DNA of 64,000 nucleotides from Octopus sinensis (Eukaryota): contig NC_043017.1 in assembly GCF_006345805.1 (NCBI RefSeq), positions 10,354,001 to 10,418,000 on the forward strand, in the 5' to 3' direction. A program made the position numbers and the translations under genes. Under the pieces are notes generated by a model. The model made no database searches. It was not told the origin of the DNA and saw nothing but the letters and a program-made list of their open reading frames with translations. Positions 1-13,639 of this stretch are shown piece by piece (position 1 is the stretch's first letter; the number at the start of each line of letters is the position of its first letter).

Positions 1-440
1 ATATATATATATTTATATAAATATACACACACACACATTTATATATACACACATTTATATATACATATGAAGAGAGATAGAGGGATGTTGAGGGAGACAT
101 TACTAGCAAGTTGTTCATGTGGAAACACATGGCATACTGTCTCTGTATACATATCATACGATCGGGTGTCTGCAAATGTGTGCATGTGTGTGTATGCGTC
201 TGTCTGAGTGTAAAGTGCACCAGTTTTAACTAGCAGTTTAGTCATGTAGAAATATTGGCACACTATTTATATATACATATATATATATATACGTATACAC
301 ACACACACACACACACACACTCACACACACATATATACATATACACACACACATACACACACACACACACACGCACACACATATATATAAGAAAGTCTCT
401 TTCCCTCTCTGTCTCTGTCTGTCTTCCTCTTTCCCTCTCC

Positions 441-477
<37 letters not shown>

Positions 478-631
478 ATATTATATATATATATATACAC
501 ATGCATGCACACACATGCACACACATACGTATATACGTATATATACATATATATACATATGAATATGTAGATATGTGTATTGGTGTGTGTATGTGTATAA
601 ATAAACAAATAAATACATATATTTGTGTTTG

Positions 632-662
<31 letters not shown>

Positions 663-740
663 ATATGTATATGTATAATATATATGTGTGTGTGTGTCTG
701 TGTGTGTGTGTGGGTGTGTGGGCGTGTGTATATGTATATG

Positions 741-782
<42 letters not shown>

Positions 783-1185
783 ATATATATATGTCTATAT
801 TGACGTACACATAGCATCAATGACTGCACTACAGCTCTCGTAGGGCATTGACATTGTGTATTTGCAAGGTTTTGAGGTCATATGCTGCAAGGTTCCTGTT
901 TGTAGTTGAGGTAGCTCATTTTCAGTGCAACAAAACAATTGGGCCGGTAATTGAACCTCTAGCTGTACAAACTTGAGTCTAATACTTTAACCACTGGACC
1001 ATACACATGCTTAGACACACATGCACATATACATACATTCATACATACATACATACATACATACATACATACGTACATACATGCATATAATTTCCCACAT
1101 ATATACATATGCATAAAGTGTGTGTGTGTGTTTGTGTCTTTATATCATATTAATAATATTAGTAATAATAATAATAATAATGATG

Positions 1186-1221
<36 letters not shown>

Positions 1222-1258
1222 TAATAATAATAAATAATAATAATAATAATAATAAATG

Positions 1259-1300
<42 letters not shown>

Positions 1301-1301
1301 G

Positions 1302-1348
<47 letters not shown>

Positions 1349-1376
1349 TTTGATGGCATGAACTGCTCTCTCACTC

Positions 1377-1407
<31 letters not shown>

Positions 1408-1464
1408 GATGAGGATAATAATAATAAACAAGTAAAATAATAAAACAATATATATATATATATA

Positions 1465-2988
1465 TCTGACCACCTCCTGTACCTACATCTTAGATCTATC
1501 ATGGTATCTGATTTGGGTTTTTTAAACCAGGCAATGTATTGAAAAGACACCCACATAGACTGCATAACCAATTTGGACCACCAAGAGCTGCAGTTATGTT
1601 CTGACTTTTGTGGATCTTAAAATGTCTTTTGAGGCCACTGTTAGATTTTCAGACCTTGTGGCATACATGGTGTTGAAAGGTGTGCGCAGATATATATGCA
1701 GAATAGTTGGTGGAGGTTCGTTTTTTCATGGGTCCACTAACGAGATTTGAGCCCAGCAAAAGAAGGGCATGGTCTGTCACAAACTGTGCATACAAAAAGG
1801 TCATTGTGATTCACCTTCTTGATCGCTACATTCTTCTTTAAATCTCTGTTGAGTCTTGCATGTGTCATCCTGGCCTCCTCAAACACTTTTACTCCATTCC
1901 TCACTTTGCTCTCCATCCAGCTCAACGTGAAGCAAGGGTTTCTATGGCCCTTGGATCCATTCCAAGTGACTTCATGGTAGTCCTTATGCTGTCCTAAAAC
2001 CTCCTTTTTAGGTTTACACCAATTGTGTTTCCTCTTTGCAAACTCACCATGAAACAGCTGGTTGTGTATGCGTTCATCTGCCATTCGAACAATATGGCCA
2101 GACCATCTCATATGGTTTTTCAGAATCATTGCTTTACTTGAAGTGATGCCTGCAGACACAAAGACATCTGTATCTGGAGTAAAAACACACCATTTAATGT
2201 TTAAAATGTGGCAAAGGCATTTTTGGTGGAATCATTCCAGCAATTTGAAATGTCGTTCATAACACATCCATGTATGAGAAGAATACAACAGAAATGGTAA
2301 GACAAATGATTTGTAAAGAGCCAATTTTATATTGTTATTTATATGTCATTGGCACTAAAAGTGTGACTGCAAACCACCAAATGCTTGTGCTTCCCTGTGC
2401 ATTTGCAGATGTATTTCATTGTCCAGATTTCCATCATTTTGTACACAGCTTCTAAGGTAGGTGAAAGAGTAACTTACCTATTTCTTTACTACCCACAAGG
2501 GGCTAAACACAGAGGGGACAAACAAGGACAGACAAACAGATTAAGTCGATTACATTGACCATGGTGCGTAACTGGTCCTTAATTTATTGACCCCGAAAGG
2601 ATGAAAAGCAAAGTTGACCTCAGCGGAATTTGAACTCAGAATGTAACAGAAAGAGTAACTTACCCTTAACAAAAGTTTTAGGGGGGTTACCAACAGTGCC
2701 ACGTGCAGGTTGAGTCGTTACAACTGGTCTTTTCAAGTTGATGGTCAAGCCAGAACCACCACAAGCAGTGTCAAATGCAGATACAAGAGATTGCAGGCCC
2801 ATTTCAGAGTGACTGATTAGATCACAATCGTCAGTGTATAAGAGTCCCCTAATGAGTGAAGAAAAAAGCCTTTGTTTCGAATTTCAATCTGGTCAGATTA
2901 AAAACATTCCTTGTTGTTCAATCTCTTCTTTACTCTATTTTCCATGGCAAAAGATACAGAGAGCCTACCACCAAAATAAATTCTAGCA

Positions 2989-2990
<2 letters not shown>
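1465..2990 (-). mobile_element. Decayed RTE (BovB-like) LINE, 3' portion: RT end, thumb/C-terminal region and three C-terminal zinc-finger motifs
   Basis: Manual translation across frameshifts: ARIYFGGRLSVSF..., IRGLLYTDDCDLISHSEMGLQSLVSAFDTACGGSGLTINLK (YADD-like), TYLRSCVQNDGNLDNEI, KNHMRWSGHIVRMADERIHNQLFHGE, CTVCDRPCPSFAGLKS. Stops and frameshifts present; interrupted by a SINE. Confidence 0.92.
2479..2648 (-). mobile_element. 5'-truncated family B tRNA-type SINE inserted into the RTE LINE
   Basis: Matches the full copies at 18159 and 56360; flanked by a 16-bp direct repeat gaaagagtaacttacc (2463-2478, 2649-2664). Confidence 0.93.
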
Positions 2991-3031
<41 letters not shown>

Positions 3032-3589
3032 ATATATACACACACACATATATTTATGAATCTGCTTAGCCATAGATGTACCAGTAACCAGTTGTTAGAA
3101 CCAAATATTCTATACATCTGTATATATGTATGTATATTATCCTCATTGTGTATCTAATTTTTTTTGTATGTCTGAACATATATATGCACATATCTGTCTG
3201 TACTCTATGAATAAATACAATATATATGCATATGTATGTTTGTCTATGTGTGTGTGTGTGTAACATGTGTTTACCATGTGTGTATATGTGTGTATGTGTT
3301 TATGTATGTGTAACTGGATGTTCATATGTGCGTGCAATTACATGCGTTTATATGTATATTTGCATTTCTGTGTGTGTGTGTGTGTGTTTGTATATGAGTC
3401 TCTGTGTGTAATTACATAGTCTATGTGTGTGCGTGCATGCGTGTGTGTATATGTGTGATTGCTTATGCTTTTATCCATATATGCATGTTGTGTGTGCATG
3501 TATGTGTATGTGCATGTATATATTTTGTGTATATGCTTTTGAGCATGTGTTCATAGATATATTGATAAAATACCAGATGGCAGCCAAAA

Positions 3590-4246
3590 GAGAGAGAGGA
3601 AGAAAGGAAGAGACAGAAAGAGAAAGAGAGAGAGTAAGAGAGAGTAAGAAAGGAAGAGATTGAAAGAGAAAGAGAGAGTAAGAGAGAGGAAGAAAGGAAG
3701 AGACAGAAAGAGAAAGAGAGAGAGTAAGAGAGAGTAAGAAAGAGAGAGGAAGAAAGGAAGAGACAGAAAGAGAAAGAGAGAGAGTAAGAGAGAGTAAGAA
3801 AGGAAGAGATTGAAAGAGAAAGAGAGAGTAAGAGAGAGTAAGAGAGAGGAAGAAAGGAAGAGACAGAAAGAGAAAGAGAGAGTAAGAAAGAGAGAGGAAG
3901 AAAGGAAGAGACAGAAGAGAAAGAGAGAGAGTAAGAGAGAGTAAGAAAGAGAGAGGAAGAAAGGAAGAGATTGAAAGAGAAAGAGAGAGTAAGAGAGAGA
4001 GAGAGAGTAAGAGAGAGAAGAAAGGAAGAGACAGAAAGAGAAAGAGAGAGAGTAAGAGAGAGTAAGAAAGAGAGAGGAAGAAAGGAAGAGACAGAAAGAG
4101 AAAGAGAGAGTAAGAGAGAGTAAGAAAGAGAGAGGAAGAGAAAGAAGAGACAGAAAGAGAAAGAGAGAGAGTAAGAGAGAGTAAGAAAGAGAGAGGAAGA
4201 AAGGAAGAGATTGAAAGAGAAAGAGAGAGTAAGAGAGAGAGAGAGT
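3590..4246. repeat. Polypurine (GA-rich) minisatellite with ~60-bp higher-order units
   Basis: Recurrent aaggaagagacagaaagagaaagagagagagtaagagagagtaag units; explains ORF 3463..4335. Confidence 0.95.
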
Positions 4247-4366
4247 ATTGAGTAAATTACCAATTGTGCAAACACATCTATTGATATAACATCAAACGGT
4301 GCTAAAGAAGGCAGCTGGGGCATGCATCTCTCCACTGAACTGCACTAGGGCTGCACAATAACAACC

Positions 4367-4404
<38 letters not shown>

Positions 4405-4569
4405 AAATATATACACACACGTACATATACATACACATACACACACACATATATATATGTATATATCTGTACAGTTTCTCTTCCTCTCACCTCTTCTCAT
4501 CTTTTTCCTTCTCTCTTTCTCTCTCTGTCACTCTGTATATGCATGTGTGTATAATATGCATATATATAT

Positions 4570-4619
<50 letters not shown>

Positions 4620-4639
4620 GTGTGTGTATGAGTGTATAT

Positions 4640-4708
<69 letters not shown>

Positions 4709-5370
4709 TGTCTATATTTATAAAGTGCATGTGAGCATGTGTGTGTGTGTGTGTGCATCAGTTTATTGATCTTCATAGTCAGCCACGATATCGAAAAATA
4801 ATAAATAAAATGGTAGTTAGAATATTTAAAAGTATTCGATACCTTTGACTGATCATGTGACCAAAATTCATTTTTTGTCAAGCAGCAGAAGGCAGTTCTG
4901 CTTTGAAGTTTATCAGCAGGAATTTTGACATATACCCGCAGGTTGAGAGAAGCTCAGATTTCTTTGTTTGTGATTACAGAGAAACTGAAGGATGATTGTA
5001 AAACTTCCTTGTGAAACAGATTTGTAAAACTTATTCTTTTATTTGCTTTAGTCATTGAACCAGGGCCATGCTGGAGCACCAACAGCTTTGAAAGGTTTAG
5101 TTTAGTAGCTCTCATTTAGGGTCCATGTGCCCCTTAGAAGTCCATATAAGGTTTTCTTGTTAAAATTTATGTGTAATATACTGGTTCTACTTGTACTATA
5201 CTCAAATTATTAAAATTTTTAGGTTTTTGAAACACTGATGAGCCGCAATAACTAGTGACCAAGACTAGTATAATTGAGTCATCCTCTCCCTCAAACTAAG
5301 TAATTGAGTCATCCCCTCCCTCAAACTGCTACCCTTGTGGCAAAATTTGAAACACTTATTATTATTATTA

Positions 5371-5411
<41 letters not shown>

Positions 5412-5579
5412 GGAAAAAATATTTTGTGGCAGCTCTTTCTGTTCTGAGTTCCAATACTGCCCAGGTAAGCATTACGTTCTGTCCTTTCGGGGTTGATAGA
5501 ATAAAGTACCTGCTGAGTCCTGGGGCAGATATAATTACTAAGCTCTACTCAAAAATTTCTGGGCTTGCGTCTATGTCAG

Positions 5580-5594
5580 AATAAAATTGTCATT

Positions 5595-5629
<35 letters not shown>

Positions 5630-6560
5630 TATTACAACCTCCACCACCAGCAACGGCAACAACAACAACATCAGCAACACCGTTATCATCACCCTTTCCC
5701 TCTTCACCATTATTATCATAATCACCACCACCAACATCACCACCGCCGCCACCACCACCATCATCATCGTCACCACCATCATCATCATCATCATCGTCGT
5801 CATCATCATCATTGTTCTTGTTGCAACATACTTGGGTGTTGACCCAGCCTGTGTGTGCCTTTCTGAAACATGCAATGCAGCAGAAAGTGAAGACACAAGA
5901 AATTGTGTCTGGGACATGTGTACTGCATAGCATTTGAAGAATAGGAGGTGGAGGGGGTGCAGGTGAAGGGTGGAGGGTGGGGTGGACTGGGAAAGAAAAA
6001 CATTCATCATTATTTTCATCGTCACCACTGTCATCATCATCATCATCATCATCATCGTCGCCATCAGAATCGCCACCAACACCATCACCCACTGTCATCA
6101 TTGTTGTTCTTGCTGTCGTTGTCGTCATAATTATTATCATCATTTTGTTGCCGTCACCACCACCACCACTACCACCACCATCGTTGTTGTCGTCATCATT
6201 ATCATCATCACCACCACAACCACCACCACCACACCACCACCACCATCACACCACTACTATCATCATCACCATCATCACGACAAGCATGACTACCACTAGA
6301 TTCAGCCCTTCCCATCATCTTCACCATCAACACCACCACTATTAATTCCACCCCCATCATCATCACCATCATCATCATCATCATCCCACTACCACTATTG
6401 CTACCACTATGAGTTCCACCTCAGCCACCATCATCATCATCACCATACCACTAGCACCATTTCCACCTGCACCCTTGACATCTCCACCAGGCCACCACCA
6501 CCACCACCACCACCACTGCCACCACCACCACTACCGCCACCACCGCCACCGCCACCTACA
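5580..6560. repeat. Degenerate (CAT/CAC)n trinucleotide array
   Basis: catcatcat/caccaccac runs; source of the poly-I/H/M/D ORFs. Confidence 0.9.
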
Positions 6561-6849
6561 TTGTTCATTGCTGTCACAGCAAAATAAACAAACAAACAAA
6601 CAAACAGAAGAGAAAAAGAAAACAACTCGTGACATGCACTTTATGACCCTTTAGCTCTGATTTCGAATCCCATCAAGTTCATCTTAGTTGTTTGTTCTTT
6701 CAGAATTGATAAAATAAGTACCAGTAAAATATTGGGTGTCAAATTAAATGGCAGGATCCAACCACAAAATGCACAAGGGTGAGAGATGAGGGCCCGTTAC
6801 ATCACAAGGATGAGTTACAAAACAGCTGTGCATTTACATGGAATATTCT

Positions 6850-7015
6850 TTTCTACTCTAGGCCCGAACTTTTGGGGGAGGAGGCCAGTTGATTAGCTCG
6901 ACCTAATGAAAGGCAAAGTCAACCTCGGCAGAATTTGAACTCAGAATGTATAGACATGAAATACCACTAAGCGCTTTGCCCAGTGTGCTAACGTTTCTGC
7001 GAGCTCGCTGCCTTG
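6850..7015 (-). mobile_element. Family B SINE, diverged and internally deleted
   Basis: aggcaaagtcaacctcggcagaatttgaactcagaa...ctaacgtttctgcgagctcgc, the reverse complement of the family B head and core. Confidence 0.8.
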
Positions 7016-8104
7016 GTTTACGTGGATTATTGCGTGGAATTTGATACCAGACAAACCCACAAGACTGACAGACAAAGAATATAAAACATATGCATTAGGA
7101 AGGCCACAGTCTGAAAAAAAAATTTTAAAAAACCAATCAGAGAATTGCTACATCCATCTTAGACTGACCTTTCTATCAGAGGACAGTCCACTCTCTGTCT
7201 CTCTCGGCAAAATTCTGACCACAACTTAACAGACACAGTCTCCCAGGAAGGCTTGAATGCTCTAGTCTCAGTCCATTGTTGCTACCCTCACCCCACCTTT
7301 TAGATAATTAACTTGCGGTGGTAGGGGTAGAAGCAGGGGGAGGATCAGGGGTGGATGTATCGTTAGCGATAATATAATTAAACACAAATGAAATCTTAGA
7401 TTTGAATCCAAGAACTTTTACAAGTTCCTTTTTTTTTTATTTCATTTTTGTTTTGTTTTGTTTTGTTTTTCTTTTTGCTGTCTTTGAGTCTAAACAATAT
7501 CAATGTAACCAGATATGTTAACCTGATGAAGTCTATTTGCCTTTAGAAGTAGATTTCTTTGTGTTTGCTGTCTAGGATACTATGGTGTTGGTGTTGATGT
7601 TGTTGCTTTTACTGGTGGTGTTTAAACACACCCCTCCATGCCCCCCCCCCCGATCCAATTGACTTATGATCAAAAGTGTGTTCAAGATGGAACCCTTTCC
7701 CTTTTTTTTTCTGTATATCTGGGAAGTAGATTGCTCAAAGTATCCTTCCTTATTGCAGATTGTAGGGGTGAGTGATTTATTTGATGGAGATTTAACTGCT
7801 ATTTCTAGCAGGTTGTGCAATCATATAGAGCAGTGGTCTGGATAAGATTTTGTTGTTAACACTTATGTGTAAGAAATTGGAGATACATCCACAATTTGCA
7901 AAATAATTTAACAATTTTTCTATACAATTTCTAATAATATTTAATTAAAATTAATATAAAAGGATTTTTTATCCAACATCAAGTGGCTATAGGGGTCCAC
8001 CCAAGTGGAAAAAAGAATTAAAGGGACTCATAGGCAAAATATGGATGAAAACCCCTAATATAGGGGCCCTCTCACTTGATCATGTCATCTATAAGATGCT
8101 ATTT

Positions 8105-8465
8105 ATTTATTGCCCACAAGGGGCTAAACGTGGACAAACAAGGACAGACAAAGGGATTGAGTCGATTAAATTGACAAAAGGCAAAGTCAACCTCAGCAGA
8201 ATTTGAACTCAGAATGAGCAGCAGACGAAATACCTATTTCTTTACTACCCACAAGGGGCTAAACACAGAGGGGATAAACAAGAACAGACAAACGGATTAA
8301 GTCCATTATATTGATCCCAGTGCGTAGCTGGTACTTTATTTATCGACCCCGAAAGGATGCAAGGCAAAGTCAACCTCAGCAGAATTTGAACTCAGAAAGT
8401 ACTGACAGAAGAAATACCCTAAGCATTTCGCCCGGCATGCTAACGTTTCTGCCAGCTCGCCACCT
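8105..8465 (-). mobile_element. Two tandem family B SINE copies (one partial, one near full length)
   Basis: Repeated cccacaaggggctaaac...ggcaaagtcaacctcagcagaatttgaactcagaa blocks. Confidence 0.88.
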
Positions 8466-8587
8466 TTCTCTAACAATTTTATAGGCAACTTAAAGACATC
8501 AGGGCCTGCCAAACAGAAATAGGGGCTACCTGGCAACTCTAGAAGCTACTTAACAATAATACATATCACAGTAATGGTTGTATATTT

Positions 8588-9032
8588 GCTTCAAATCTTC
8601 AAAGCCACAGTCGAACCAATTCTACTATATGGCTCAGAAACCTGGACGTTATCAAAGAAGTTTGAGAGGCGGTTGGATGGAACCTACACTCGCCTCCTTA
8701 TGAGAGCTCAGAATCTCACGTGGAAGCGTCATCCAACCAAACTGCAAATATATGGGAAACTACCACCTGTGTCATCTCTTGTGAAAGGTAGGAGAGTCCA
8801 GTTTGCTGGACATTGTTGTAGAGCTGAAAACGAGGCAATTTCTACTCTTCTCCTCTGGAAGCCATCTACTCGCAATACCAGAGGGCGCACACTCTCCTAC
8901 TCTGATGTAATCTCCAGGGATACAGGCATCCAGCAACAGGACCTCCGTAATGCTATGATGGACCGTGAAGTCTGGCGTAGCATGGTAAATTCCATTGTCT
9001 TGACCACGGTCGAACAATGATAATGATGATAT
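8588..9032 (+). mobile_element. 5'-truncated RTE-X-like LINE 3' end
   Basis: ORF 8574..9020 FKATVEPILLYGSETWTLSKKFERRLDGTYTRLL...RRVQFAGHC...DREVWR; stop codon runs directly into a (TGA)n tail. Confidence 0.92.
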
Positions 9033-9539
9033 TTGCTTTTCCATGCTGGCATGGGTTGGATGGTTTTTCTGAAGCAGTGTTTTATGAATGGATTCCTTTC
9101 CAGTTGGCCAACGTTTTAGTTCCATTTTACGACTTGCCACATCGATACTGTCTACGTCAAGTAAAACTCTAATTTACAAATGATTTAAATGACTTGAGGG
9201 TAGACTGTCCATATCATCATCATCATCATCATCATCATCACCATCACCATCACCATCATAATGATCATCATTTTAACGTCTCAGTTTTCCATGCTTGATA
9301 AGTGGCACATACGAAAATCTTGACCATTGATCACTCTATTACTTCTGCTAATTAATGTGTGTGTGTATGTGTGCATGTCTGTGTGTCTGTGTGTTTGTTT
9401 CTGTGTGCATTTATGTGTGTATATGTGTGTGTATGTATGCATGTATGTATGTATGTGTGTGTATATATATATATATATATCCATATAAGTACATACACAT
9501 ATTTTTTAAGTTCAATTTTTCCTGTTTATATTACTAAAC

Positions 9540-9620
9540 CTACATATATATATATATATGTACGTACATACATACATACATACATATATATATTATATAT
9601 ATATATATATATGTACGTAC

Positions 9621-9652
<32 letters not shown>

Positions 9653-9760
9653 GTACGTACATACATACATACATACATATATATATATATGTACGTACAT
9701 ACATACATACATATATATATATATGTACGTACATACATTCATACATATATATATATATAT
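9540..9760. repeat. (TA)n-gtacg-(TACA)n compound minisatellite
   Basis: About 5 units of tatatatatgtacgtacatacatac. Confidence 0.85.
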
Positions 9761-10191
9761 GTGCATGTGTGTGTGTGTAAAATAGGGAGGAGAAACCAAC
9801 AAACAACAACAACATCAATAACAATACCATCTCCAATGTAAAACAGTAAATAAAGGAGCCCCCCTCAAGTCACACCCTACTGTCATATGTATGTTTGTGT
9901 GTGTGTACATACATATATATATATGTGTGCATGTGTGTATGTACATACATACATCATACATACATACATACATACATGTGTATGTATGTATGTATGTATG
10001 TATGTATGTACATACACACATGCACACATATATATATATGTATGTACACACACACAAACATACATATGACAGTAGGGTGTGACTTGAGGGGGGCTCCTTT
10101 ATTTACTGTTTTACATTGGAGATGGTATTGTTATTGATGTTGTTGTTGTTTGTTGGTTTCTCCTCCCTATTTTACACACACACACATGCAC
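9761..10191. repeat. Near-perfect 431-bp palindrome centred at ~9976
   Basis: 9781-9900 is the exact reverse complement of 10052-10171; ORFs 9815..10057(-) and 9895..10137(+) mirror each other. Confidence 0.97.
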
Positions 10192-10251
10192 ACACACATA
10201 CATACATACATACATACATACATACATACATACATGCATACATACATATAC

Positions 10252-10300
<49 letters not shown>

Positions 10301-10308
10301 TATATACA

Positions 10309-10692
10309 CTAGCAGTATCGCCCGGCGTTGCTCAGGTTTGTAAGGGAAATAACTATAAAGCATTTTTAGAGAGTTATAGAAAAAAACAGCAAAAAAAATG
10401 GAAAAAAATGATGGTAAATTTTTTTTGATAGTTAAAAAAAGTGGAGTTGCGTCCCCTACACAGTTTGTGGTTTGTATTCCTGATTCTCGACCCCAGTCGA
10501 ATTTATCGATTTTTTTCAGAACTGGGGAACTTTTCAAAATTTTCGCTGCGTTAGTTTTTAATTATGACATTGGGCTATGTGTGTGTCAATTTCATCATCA
10601 GATCGGTGAAAGCCGTGGTCAGGGTGAGGGTACACAAGCAAACAGACACACAGAAACACGCACAGACAAACTGCCGTTTATATATAGAGAGA
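10309..10692 (-). mobile_element. Non-autonomous Helitron
   Basis: A|TC 5' end (tctctctatatataaac), subterminal hairpin cctgagcaacgccggg, CTAG|T 3' end, inserted in (TA)n; same termini as 61127-61523. Confidence 0.9.
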
Positions 10693-10820
10693 TATACATA
10701 ATATATATATATATATATATAATAAATATTATATACCACATACATATATGAACATAATTACATATATGAACATATATATGTATATATATGTTTATGTATG
10801 TATGCATATATATATATATT

Positions 10821-10851
<31 letters not shown>

Positions 10852-11093
10852 TTATAGCTGATGCTAGTTGCCCTGCCCTTTTTCCTTCACCCCTATCTCC
10901 CCACTGCACCACCCAAATAGTTCCTCACCATCAGTGGCAAGAATAGAAAGATCAGCTTACCCAGGGGTCAGATTATTATGTTACCCCAGGGAAACAGAAT
11001 CGTGTACCATTCTCTTCTCTTGAATTGTGAAGACATTAGTGATGGCAGTGGGGATGGTTGTGGTAATGATGGTGATGATGATGGTGGTGGTGG

Positions 11094-11129
<36 letters not shown>

Positions 11130-11234
11130 CTAAGTCTATTGAATAATGGTCGGTTGTTTTTTAGCAAAAACAACATATCTACATATCCAAATGTATGTAT
11201 GTATCTATATATATTTCTCTCTATCCGACCATCC

Positions 11235-11278
11235 ATCCATCTATCTATCCATCTCTCTGTCTGTCTGTCTACTTATCA

Positions 11279-11358
<80 letters not shown>

Positions 11359-11368
11359 GTCTACCTAC

Positions 11369-11416
<48 letters not shown>

Positions 11417-11464
11417 TTATCTATCTATCTATCTTTCTATCTATCTATTTATCTATTTATCTAT

Positions 11465-11506
<42 letters not shown>

Positions 11507-11525
11507 CTATCTATCTATCTATCTC
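11235..11525. repeat. (TCTA)n tetranucleotide microsatellite
   Basis: Long atctatct run. Confidence 0.97.
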
Positions 11526-11559
11526 TTTATGTATATCTATATCATCATCATCATCATTA

Positions 11560-11845
11560 TTGTTATCATCATTTAACGTCCACTTTCCATACTGGCATGG
11601 GTTGGATGGTTTGACTGAGGGCTGGCAAGCCAGAAGGCTGCACCAGGCTCCAATCCGATCTGGCAAATGTTTCTACAGTTGGATGCCCTTCCTAATATCA
11701 ACAACAAGAGTGTAGAGGGTTCTTTTTATATGTCACTAGTATGAGGGCCAGTCAGGCTGTATTGGCATCAACCATGCTCAAATGGTGCATTTTATGTGCC
11801 ACCGGCACGGGAGCCAGTCAGCTGGCACTGGCATCGACTACACTC
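11560..11845 (-). mobile_element. Family C repeat (RTE LINE 3' UTR fragment), diverged
   Basis: Reverse complement of ...aagggcatccaactgtagaaac...aacccatgccagtatggaaagtggacgttaaatgatga. Confidence 0.82.
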
Positions 11846-11930
11846 GCTTTTTATGTGCCTCCATGCATATATGCATGTATATAGTAAGTATGTACATATG
11901 TATCCATGTATGTATGTATGTATGTATATC

Positions 11931-12326
11931 AGTTATTAGGCTGTGGCCATACTGGGGCACTATCTTCAAAAATTTTAGTTGAATGAATCAACCCTAGTAC
12001 CTATTTTTAAAAAAATTGATACTTATTCTACTGGTCTCTTCTGCCGAACTGCTAAGTTACAAGAATGTAAATATAACAACACTGGTTGTCAAGCAGTGGT
12101 GGGACAAACACAGGCACAAAGACACACATGCACACACCCACACATACACGTGCACACACACACACATGTCAGGCTTCTTTCAGTTTTCGTCTACCAAATC
12201 CATTCACAAGGCTTTTTTTGGCCCAAAGCTATAGTAGAAGACACTTGCTCAAGGTGCCACGCAGTGGGACTGAACATAGAGCCCTGTGGTTGGGAAACAA
12301 GCTACTTACCACACAGCCACTTCTGC
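11931..12326 (-). mobile_element. Family A tRNA-type SINE, diverged
   Basis: Colinear with the full copy at 21322-21712. Confidence 0.85.
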
Positions 12327-12569
12327 ACACACACACATGTGTGTGTGTGTGTACCTATGTAAAGTGGTGAATTGAGTTGTGTCCCTTTGTGGTAATACCT
12401 AACTTAGCCGTTCTACAAATAGAGATTGATAAACCATGCACCATGATGAAATAAATCCTGGATGGGTGGGGGTGTCATCAGTATGATTGACTAAGACTCT
12501 CGAAGGGGATGCTCCAGCATAGCCTCAGTCAACTGAGCGAAATCGCTAAAAGAGTAAATAACTAACTGG

Positions 12570-12594
12570 TTTGTCAGTAGTGGTGGTGGTGGTG

Positions 12595-12638
<44 letters not shown>

Positions 12639-12664
12639 TGTAGTAGTAGTAGTTAGTAGTAGTT

Positions 12665-12700
<36 letters not shown>

Positions 12701-12832
12701 ATAGTAGTATTCCTGGTGGTGGTGGTGGTGATAGTAGTAGTAGTAGTATTGGTAGTGGTGGTGGTGGTAGTAGTAGTAGTAGTAGTGGTAGTAGTACTAT
12801 TGGTGGTGGTGGTGGTAGTAGTAGTAGTGGTG

Positions 12833-12885
<53 letters not shown>

Positions 12886-13270
12886 GTGGTGGTGGTAGTA
12901 GTAGTAGTAGTAGCGTTATACAATGATGGTTGTGGTGGTGGTACTGGAGTAGTGTGATATAGTGTTCTTGTTTGTGGTGGTGGTGGTTTTGGTGGTGGTG
13001 TTGTGGTATGATGTTGGTAGTAACAGAAAGAATGATATCCCCTCCCCCCTCTCTCTCTCTCCCTAGAGAAAATTTATGGTACCATTGTACAGATGCACAA
13101 TGACAATACCCTTGTGATGTGCTGCGGTTAGTGTGGTTGTTGGCGGTGGTGGTGGTGGTGGTGGTGATATTGTTCTCGGTGTGGTTATTGTTGCTGTTGT
13201 TGTTGTTCCTGGTGGTGGTGATGTTAGTATTGTTGTAGCTGCTATTGCTGTTGTCATTGTTGGGTTAATG
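12570..13270. repeat. (GTA/GGT/GTT)n trinucleotide array
   Basis: Direct inspection. Confidence 0.93.
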
Positions 13271-13639
13271 TAGGTGTGTGTGTGTGTGTGTGTGAGCGTT
13301 ATGCTGGTGTAGTTTTGAACCAAATACATAAACATGAAGCCCGATCCTTTGATCTTTTCAACTGGTTTGTTTTTCTATGAGACCAACCTTCTCACCACCA
13401 CCACCACCACCACCACCACCACCACCACCACCACCACCACCACAGTCATCACTAAAGGTCTGTGAAGTGGCCAATACTGATGGCTATAGTAAGACACTCG
13501 CCCTAGGTACCATGCAGTGAGATTGAACCCAGAACAATGTGGTTGAGAAGGAAACATTATATGCGTGCATATATGTGTGTGTGCATGTGTATATATGTGT
13601 GTGTGTGTTTGTGTTTGTGCGTGTGTATATATAAAAAAT

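Noticed and set aside
2800-2836. CTGACGA...GAAA on the minus strand
   Set aside because: It is the RT YxDD coding region; no stems.
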